Assembly: GCA_964457085.1 (NCBI GenBank)
Contig: CAYWDM010000005.1
Location: 12,065-76,064 of the forward strand
Source of the DNA: an uncultured Pseudomonadales bacterium
Lineage (GTDB): Bacteria; Patescibacteriota; Microgenomatia; UBA1400; PJMF01
Reading direction: 5' to 3'
DNA length: 64,000 nt
Shown here: one piece after another, positions 57,997-64,000 of the stretch
How positions within the stretch are numbered: the stretch's first letter is position 1
Layout of the letters: each line of letters opens with the position of its first letter
The notes under the pieces: generated by a model
What the model was told of the DNA's origin: nothing
The model's database searches: none
The model's input: only the letters and a program-made list of their open reading frames with translations
Made by a program: the position numbers and the translations under genes

Positions 57997-60702
57997 CTAT
58001 TTAGCTGCTGCACCAGATTCATTGAGTAGAATGGCAGTGGTAATTGAGCCAGGGCGTTCATACTTAGGATATTTTCTGCCTTCAGCGAGTGACTGACAAA
58101 TTGTTGAATTGGAATAGCAATATGAGGCGGCACTAGTCATCAGTTGCTCGATTCGTTCATCTGTCAGCCCGTACGTGGCTTTATAACTTTCAAGCTTGGC
58201 TCTGAGTTGTTCCATTTCAGTTACATTTGGATCAATATTGCAGCTGAATTCAACAAAATCCAAACAATAAATCAAGTCCATATCGCTATGACGTTCATCA
58301 ATCCAACCGAGTGGATGGGGATGATCTTCTGATTGGAATTGGGCTGGGCATTTACCACCTCCACGCCATCTTGTTGGTCGCTGTTGACCACTGAGATCAC
58401 TACTACAATTCATGTTGCCTGGTCCGTTGAAGCCGCCGATGGCAATGGTGAGGTCCTGGTATGAGATGCTGTCTTTATTAAATCCTCCCGGCCAAAATGA
58501 CTTCAAATGTTCCATGGCTGCTTTAGCATCTTCTTTTAGTGCGCCTCGAAGTGCACCGCCATCAAACACAGATTGACTCGGGTCATTTGCACCCTCAGTC
58601 CAGTGAATACCCGCTACTACTTCACAAGGAATTCCAGTTTCTTTTTCTGCATATTCATATGCTTCGATGTCCGATTCAGTGATTCCAGGTTCAATTTCTG
58701 AATCATAAACACCCTTAGCATATTGGGGAATGCCACTACTTGGTGGTAATCCAGTGATTTTCTTAAAGGCTTCGCCTGTACACTTAGGTGTTTCTTCTTC
58801 ACCGTTTGGTTCAATTTGACACCGACCGAGGAATAGATCTTCGGTACGAGTACATTTAATCTGCAAATGCGGCTGGCGAACTGTTTCTTGTAGCTTGCGG
58901 ATCATCCAGCCTAGTCTTGCCCCCAAAATTCTAAATTGTTCTTGACCTTCTGGTGAAATTGATGCTCCAAATCGTTTGGTTGGATATTTACAGACCCAAA
59001 TACCCAGCCTGTTATATTCACACACTGGTGGGGCAGTGTAGTCAGTATATGTATGTTGCGGTGTGCTTGTTTTAAAGAAAGCTATTGATTCTTTAATTGG
59101 ATAATATTCTGGCACTCCTAATTTATTTTCATAATCAACCATGACGTTTTTTGCTTCCATGGCTTCATACGCACCTGGCTGGAATAAGGCTTTCAGAGTA
59201 CTCTCGACATATTTGAGATCTGTTCCAAGTGGTACGACTAGATGTGCAACCACACGCATTGTTTGACCACTCACATTTCGATAGGCTTCAGATTCTTCAA
59301 CCACTACCTCCCAATCAAAGACAAATCTACGATCCGAAGGTATGACATATGGGAAATAGGGGGCAATTGGCAGCCGATTGTCGCCATTAATTAATCCAGG
59401 TGAACCAATGTCACCGGCATTTTCGAGTGGCATATACGACTCGCCGCAGGCATTGCCAATTCCATTGATAATATCTATGACGGCACGTTGTAGAATTTCT
59501 TCTGGACCCGAGCGACAAGGGTAGAGGGCACAGTATTTGAGGATTGGAAACTCATATCTTTTGGCTTTTATTGCAGCCATGTATCCAGTCCTAACTTCTT
59601 TCGAATCTTTGTCGATAACTTTAATTTGTTCTGGATCCCAATGCAGATCGTTGAGGATTTTGGAAGTATCTTTGAACTTTGACATCAGTGCCGACTTGTT
59701 GGTGGCAAAATCTGGAATCTTGAATGCAACCACAATTGGAGCATCAAGAGTGGCATTAATATCCTCTGGTTGTTTGCGGAACCAGAAAACATCATCAAAA
59801 CCTTCGAGGTCTTCATCACGGTTTTGTCTAATTGAGACAACCAAGAAGCCTGTTCTATAGAGCAAGTTTTGGTCAATACTATAGTGATTAAGTGCATCGC
59901 TCCATCCTGCCAGATCTGCCTTATTGGAAAATCCCATTCGTTCTTTATGGATAGCGGGGTCGTATGCTTTAACAAACTCGCCGCAAAAAGCCGCATTGTC
60001 GTTGAATTTCTCGCGAGCACCATTCATTACCTTCATCAAATCTGTCATGTGGATTCCAGGGCTTTCAGGGATTTTGACATTGATGGCGCAATTAGATCTA
60101 CATCCCAGTTTTTCCATCACTGCCCACATCTCATTCATGGTTTTAACTTTGAGATTGCACTGGACTTCAGGGTTTAGTAGCTGATACACAGCACCTCGAC
60201 TATTGGTTTCGTCTGGTGGCAATTCTGGATTTACCACGCCAACCAATCCTTCCAGTGATGAGATTTTATTGGTGATGCTGGTATCTTCGTCACCTCTCAT
60301 CATGGCAATACGAGAGTTGGTCATATCAACTGTATATGGATCTTTATAGCCTCGCAGATACACCGGCCCTTTGTAGTTTTTAGGATCAAGGTATTTTTGG
60401 ACATCTCCAAACACACTCGGAGCCATGTGCCACTGAGGGGCTGCACAGTGGACCTCATATCCTTGATCTTGCACTAGGTTGGCAACCAACACATCCTGCA
60501 GACTATTTGGGTCATCAAGCGTGAGTTCTGGCCTCATGATCAGAGGCAAAAAGTTGTATTTTTCAGCATCACGAGTTGGCCATGGTTCTGTTTCGGCAAA
60601 AGTTGTGGAAGTGGTTGCCACGCACAACAAAAACAACCAAATGCTGATTTTGAAAATAACACTGGTCAGTCGACTAGTGAGGTGCACCCAATTATTATAC
60701 AA
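57997..60702 (-). CDS. large secreted Cys-rich protein (901 aa), unknown function
   Basis: N-terminal signal peptide (ISIWLFLLCVATTSTTFA); many Cys throughout; last gene of the pilin / pilin-fusion operon. Confidence 0.4.
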   Translation of the reverse strand: MYNNWVHLTSRLTSVIFKISIWLFLLCVATTSTTFAETEPWPTRDAEKYNFLPLIMRPELTLDDPNSLQDVLVANLVQDQGYEVHCAAPQWHMAPSVFGDVQKYLDPKNYKGPVYLRGYKDPYTVDMTNSRIAMMRGDEDTSITNKISSLEGLVGVVNPELPPDETNSRGAVYQLLNPEVQCNLKVKTMNEMWAVMEKLGCRSNCAINVKIPESPGIHMTDLMKVMNGAREKFNDNAAFCGEFVKAYDPAIHKERMGFSNKADLAGWSDALNHYSIDQNLLYRTGFLVVSIRQNRDEDLEGFDDVFWFRKQPEDINATLDAPIVVAFKIPDFATNKSALMSKFKDTSKILNDLHWDPEQIKVIDKDSKEVRTGYMAAIKAKRYEFPILKYCALYPCRSGPEEILQRAVIDIINGIGNACGESYMPLENAGDIGSPGLINGDNRLPIAPYFPYVIPSDRRFVFDWEVVVEESEAYRNVSGQTMRVVAHLVVPLGTDLKYVESTLKALFQPGAYEAMEAKNVMVDYENKLGVPEYYPIKESIAFFKTSTPQHTYTDYTAPPVCEYNRLGIWVCKYPTKRFGASISPEGQEQFRILGARLGWMIRKLQETVRQPHLQIKCTRTEDLFLGRCQIEPNGEEETPKCTGEAFKKITGLPPSSGIPQYAKGVYDSEIEPGITESDIEAYEYAEKETGIPCEVVAGIHWTEGANDPSQSVFDGGALRGALKEDAKAAMEHLKSFWPGGFNKDSISYQDLTIAIGGFNGPGNMNCSSDLSGQQRPTRWRGGGKCPAQFQSEDHPHPLGWIDERHSDMDLIYCLDFVEFSCNIDPNVTEMEQLRAKLESYKATYGLTDERIEQLMTSAASYCYSNSTICQSLAEGRKYPKYERPGSITTAILLNESGAAAK

Positions 60703-60759
60703 GAGAAGCAGTGACAGGAGAATTGGCGGTGCGAGAAAAGCTGGACGGGAAAAACTACA

Positions 60760-61110
60760 TTAATACCCTAAGATATCAATTCCAAAGACTTGTTCCACTA
60801 TTTGAGCAATCCAGTACGAAGCGAATAACAATATAAAGCCAACAAGTGCTGCGGTGACACGTTGCTTGCCGGAGTCAACTGATTTTTTTCCTGCCGCACC
60901 AATCATCATTTCGGCTCCACCAGCAACCAACATTACAAAGAGAATCATTCCCGCGATTGGGAATAAGTAGGCAAGTAAGCGATTTATGATGCCCTCTGGA
61001 GTAGAAAGTTCGACTGTAGCAGTCGAATTAGCAAGTTTGAGTGGATTGAGTTCGTCCAATGTTTGTTTGGTAACTTTTTCAAATCCAGAAAGACTAGCGA
61101 GTAGTGACAT
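60760..61110 (-). CDS. T4SS pilin-like protein, paralog 8
   Basis: MIGAAGKKSVDSGKQRVTAALVGFILLFASYWIAQIV matches the pilin family motif; preferred start MSLLASL (61110) abuts the upstream gene stop. Confidence 0.55.
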   Translation of the reverse strand: MSLLASLSGFEKVTKQTLDELNPLKLANSTATVELSTPEGIINRLLAYLFPIAGMILFVMLVAGGAEMMIGAAGKKSVDSGKQRVTAALVGFILLFASYWIAQIVEQVFGIDILGY

Positions 61111-61111
61111 A

Positions 61112-62302
61112 TTAAGTATCTCCAAATCCAGGAATTCTAAAAATGCTGACACCAATAAATTGCAACATAGTTATAGACATAATGATGAATATGAGTCCAA
61201 TGACAGCTGAAGTAATCATTTCTCGACCTTCATCAGTTTTCTTGGCGTCTCCTTGTGAAGTGCTAATGGTAAAGCTGGCTGCCAAGATCATTAATAGTGC
61301 CACGCCACCGGCAACGCCCATACCTACTCGAATCACCACCACGACGATACTCTGAGGATCATTCTCAATACAGCCTACAGCTGTCCAGATACCCAGGGGA
61401 ATTTCTGGTGCGGGTGGTATCCCAGATCCATTTACATTTTGCCCAGCAACACAGCGTGCACATTTACCATATGCCTCTGAATCTTCTGGAATTTGTGCAC
61501 AGATGTCAAAAGTGGTGTCTGATGTGGGGGTAGTTCGAGCTGCGTCGTCACAAGCCTGGATTAAATCAAATTCTTTGGTGCAGAGTATGTCACCACTGCC
61601 AAGAAATTCGCCGTCACTGACTTCGATTGTTAATGTGTCGCCGACTCGAGTTTCTACTGGTGTGAAGGTGATGTCTGGAATCACACCGTTCACAGCATCT
61701 TCGTTATATTGAAACGCATCTTGGCTGTTTTTGACGTGAATTTTTTGGTTGGCTAAGCCACCATTGATGAAAATATTTGAAACGTGGATAGTCAGTTTAC
61801 CACTTTCAAAATCAATGCAGTAGGTATCGCTGAAGCCTCCTTGATCCACAGAAATATTACAGCTATCACTAGATTCAATTTGAAATTGACCAACCTCGCA
61901 CCAATCTCCTGATGCTGTATCTTGAATTTTAATGTCGTATGAGCCAGAAATGTTGGTGCTGGGGGGTGCTGCTGAAAATGTACCAGTGCGTTCTCCAGAT
62001 ACATTTCCAATGAAAATCGGGTTGCCTTGGTTACCTAGTACGTTGTATCGCTGTAGTGCAATTTTATAATTTTTCGTCGTCACGAACCCATCTAGCTTAA
62101 AGGTAAATGAGCCTCCACCCTGGATAGAAGTGGGTGGAGCGGCTCCAAAAAAGTTAATACCCCAATTGTCTTGACAGGATTGGGCTGCTGCTGCAGATGC
62201 CTGCTGAGCAAATAGTGACAAAAATCCAACGCCGCCTAACACAATTGCTAACAGCACGTTGCCAAATTTAGTCATCTGTCTTTTTAAGACTATTGATTGC
62301 AC
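61112..62302 (-). CDS. secreted protein with C-terminal pilin-like module (candidate minor pilin / pilus adhesin)
   Basis: Signal peptide; about 300-aa Cys-containing extracellular domain; C-terminus VGMGVAGGVALLMILAASFTISTSQGDAKKTDEGREMITSAVIGLIFIIMS matches the pilin hairpin motif. Confidence 0.55.
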   Translation of the reverse strand: MQSIVLKRQMTKFGNVLLAIVLGGVGFLSLFAQQASAAAAQSCQDNWGINFFGAAPPTSIQGGGSFTFKLDGFVTTKNYKIALQRYNVLGNQGNPIFIGNVSGERTGTFSAAPPSTNISGSYDIKIQDTASGDWCEVGQFQIESSDSCNISVDQGGFSDTYCIDFESGKLTIHVSNIFINGGLANQKIHVKNSQDAFQYNEDAVNGVIPDITFTPVETRVGDTLTIEVSDGEFLGSGDILCTKEFDLIQACDDAARTTPTSDTTFDICAQIPEDSEAYGKCARCVAGQNVNGSGIPPAPEIPLGIWTAVGCIENDPQSIVVVVIRVGMGVAGGVALLMILAASFTISTSQGDAKKTDEGREMITSAVIGLIFIIMSITMLQFIGVSIFRIPGFGDT

Positions 62303-62356
62303 AGGCGTATTGTACTAAATTTTATCTGATGTGGTAAGAATTCGTTTTTAAACGAA

Positions 62357-62388
62357 ATCGTCCGTCCAGGTTTCCCGGGACGGACGAA
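62357..62388 (-). terminator. probable rho-independent terminator after the 62401..62820 gene
   Basis: CGTCCGTCC-aggtttccc-GGACGGACG 9-bp GC-rich stem just downstream of the minus-strand stop; moderately U-rich tail on the minus strand. Confidence 0.5.
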
Positions 62389-62400
62389 GATTTACAAGTT

Positions 62401-62820
62401 CTACTTGCCAGAAAACAACCGCTTCGCATAGAAGAGGCCTGGCAACCAGAACAAGATGCCCATCAGGTCTACGCTGCTCCAACTAGTGAGCAGATAGAAC
62501 CCAGTGGGGTTTTTGATCGCGGAAAAAACCACCATAGCCGCGAACCACAGCCACCACCAATTGTTCTTCATCAGTCTGGAGTTCAAATACATGATGAACA
62601 CAAAGGGCCAAATAAAGATGATCGCAATGAGTGGATGAGGGCTGGGACCCATGATGCGCTGCGATATCAGACCGATAATCGCAAACACCAATAAGATTCC
62701 ATTCCTGAGGCGGATGTCGAGTCCGTTCCAGAACTTCCAGAAACTCGCTCTCAGCGGATCGGTGGATTTTTTTAAGGAACTAAAAAAGGAACTAACAGCA
62801 GTTTTCACAGTGACCTCCAA
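62401..62820 (-). CDS. small integral membrane protein, unknown
   Basis: Four TM helices; 139 aa. Confidence 0.4.
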   Translation of the reverse strand: MEVTVKTAVSSFFSSLKKSTDPLRASFWKFWNGLDIRLRNGILLVFAIIGLISQRIMGPSPHPLIAIIFIWPFVFIMYLNSRLMKNNWWWLWFAAMVVFSAIKNPTGFYLLTSWSSVDLMGILFWLPGLFYAKRLFSGK

Positions 62821-62982
62821 GTCAAATCAGTGGGTTACGTTTGGAGAGTCCAACTCGCATTGAACTCATGTATTCATACTAGCACAAACCATCTCAATAG
62901 TCAAACATTATAGGCCTCTTAGAAGCCTATAAATCAAGATAAGTGGGGGCATTTTGGACAACTTTCCGCTATACTAGTTAAG

Positions 62983-64000
62983 ATGAGAATGTCTCGTTTT
63001 GTCATCAGGTGGTTGATAGCTTGTTTGGTGCTGGTTGCATTTGGTTTTTGGGGCATACTCACTGACTTTCAGGTTTTTGCTGTTGATCCAGTTGATGATC
63101 TGCAATCACAGATTAATGAGTTGGAAAAACTAAAGAAAATGAGCACCGATGCCACCAAGCCACTGGAGAAAGAGCTGGCGGGTTTGGAGCAGAAAATCAG
63201 AAATGCTCAAAATGGCATCATCGCTGCTAAGACACAAGTTGAGCAAGTAAGTGTTGATATTAAAAAACGAGAAGAAGATTTGGCGATACAGTATGTGATG
63301 TTTTCCAGTCGGATTGCTGCCTCATATCGTCGTTCACGAACCTATTCACCATTTTTGTTGTTTTTAAATACTGGCAGTGCAGCACAACTAACCAAAGATT
63401 TGGCATACCAGACTTCAGTACAAGCTCAAGACAACAAATTAATTCGTGGTATTGGTGAAGAGATTGGTAGTCTGCAAAAAGACAAGCAAAAACTTGAGCA
63501 AGATCAGATTCGTTTAGCTAAATTGCAGTCACAACTAGATGGTCAGGCTCAGTTTTTCCGCAAGGAAATTGAAGGTGCTAAAGCCTACCAAAAGGATCTT
63601 TCAGGTAAGATTGCCGATCTATCAGCCAAACAGCAGTCGATTATTAATGCTCGTTCAGGTACAGCAATTACTTCAGTGGGCGAGGTGCCACTTGCTGATG
63701 ATTTTAACGCTTCTATCGGTTTTAAATCACAAGCACCTGGCAATAGTTTTGCACTGTTTAGTTTTGGTGGCTACACTCATCGTAACGGTATGAGTCAGTA
63801 CGGTGCTAATGCTCGTGCCAAGGATGGCCAGTCTGTTGAAGATATTCTGAAAGCATATTACCCCAATGCGTCGATCAAAAAAGATTTTTCGGCAATGGGT
63901 AGTATTAACGTTCAAGGCACCGGCACAATTTCATTCGAGGATCAATATCTGCAGGGTATCTATGAAATGCCAGCTAGCTGGCATATTAATGCACTCAAGG
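62983..64000 (+). CDS. coiled-coil protein with SpoIID/LytB-like domain; 3'-truncated by window edge
   Basis: Not in the ORF track because there is no stop in the window. Manual frame-1 translation is open from ATG 62983 to nt 64000: signal/TM (WLIACLVLVAFGFWGIL), long coiled coil, then GGYTHRNGMSQYGANARAKDGQSVEDILKAYYPNASI, which matches the SpoIID/LytB G-x-G-H-G-x-GMSQYGA region. Confidence 0.6.
   Translation, partial: MRMSRFVIRWLIACLVLVAFGFWGILTDFQVFAVDPVDDLQSQINELEKLKKMSTDATKPLEKELAGLEQKIRNAQNGIIAAKTQVEQVSVDIKKREEDLAIQYVMFSSRIAASYRRSRTYSPFLLFLNTGSAAQLTKDLAYQTSVQAQDNKLIRGIGEEIGSLQKDKQKLEQDQIRLAKLQSQLDGQAQFFRKEIEGAKAYQKDLSGKIADLSAKQQSIINARSGTAITSVGEVPLADDFNASIGFKSQAPGNSFALFSFGGYTHRNGMSQYGANARAKDGQSVEDILKAYYPNASIKKDFSAMGSINVQGTGTISFEDQYLQGIYEMPASWHINALK

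Noticed and set aside
40230-62302. Interpretation of the T4SS-like genes as an integrated conjugative element
   Set aside because: No relaxase, integrase, att repeats or tRNA target seen, and housekeeping genes (dnaA, dnaN, rpmH, rnpA, yidC) are interleaved; kept as a chromosomal system instead (see findings)
1-64000. CRISPR arrays, rRNA genes, tRNA genes, IS elements or prophage
   Set aside because: No short direct-repeat/spacer periodicity, no rRNA-like conserved stretches, no transposase or integrase motifs were seen; nearly all sequence is accounted for by protein-coding ORFs. Small ncRNAs cannot be excluded by eye

Overview
This window looks like a chromosomal segment of a small-genome, moderately AT-rich bacterium with monoderm / CPR-like gene content, though taxonomy cannot be proven from sequence alone. 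Housekeeping anchors: an rpmH-rnpA-yidD-yidC-jag-rnhA block next to dnaN and dnaA, with a DnaA-box cluster (oriC) in the dnaA-dnaN spacer; also recF, valS, rplY, pth, uppS, idi, an ATP-dependent DNA ligase, and a MacA/MacB/FtsX-type ABC efflux system at the 5' edge. Embedded in this backbone is a dispersed type IV secretion / conjugative-pilus-like apparatus. Its parts: a Gram-positive-type VirB4 ATPase directly abutting dnaA; a PrgI/VirB3-like membrane protein with a long low-complexity extension; a 1260-aa membrane protein ending in an M23 peptidase (PrgK/VirB1-like cell-wall hydrolase); a VirB6/TrbL-like polytopic protein; a VirD4/TraD-like coupling ATPase about 30 kb away; and eight paralogous small pilin-like genes (seven in tandem at 23.4-26.5 kb, one at 60.8 kb). 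A larger secreted protein carries the same pilin module at its C-terminus, and a 901-aa Cys-rich secreted protein sits downstream of it. No relaxase, integrase, transposase, CRISPR array or rRNA/tRNA gene was recognised. Other notable items are a bacterial NOX/ferric-reductase-type flavocytochrome, an Lgt-DUF192 fusion, a Fic protein, an ECF-like sigma factor transcribed divergently from the pilin array, a large DUF4012 protein, and several large proteins of unknown function (605, 1153 and 901 aa) flanking the T4SS genes. All functional calls rest on motif recognition by eye; no database searches were run.
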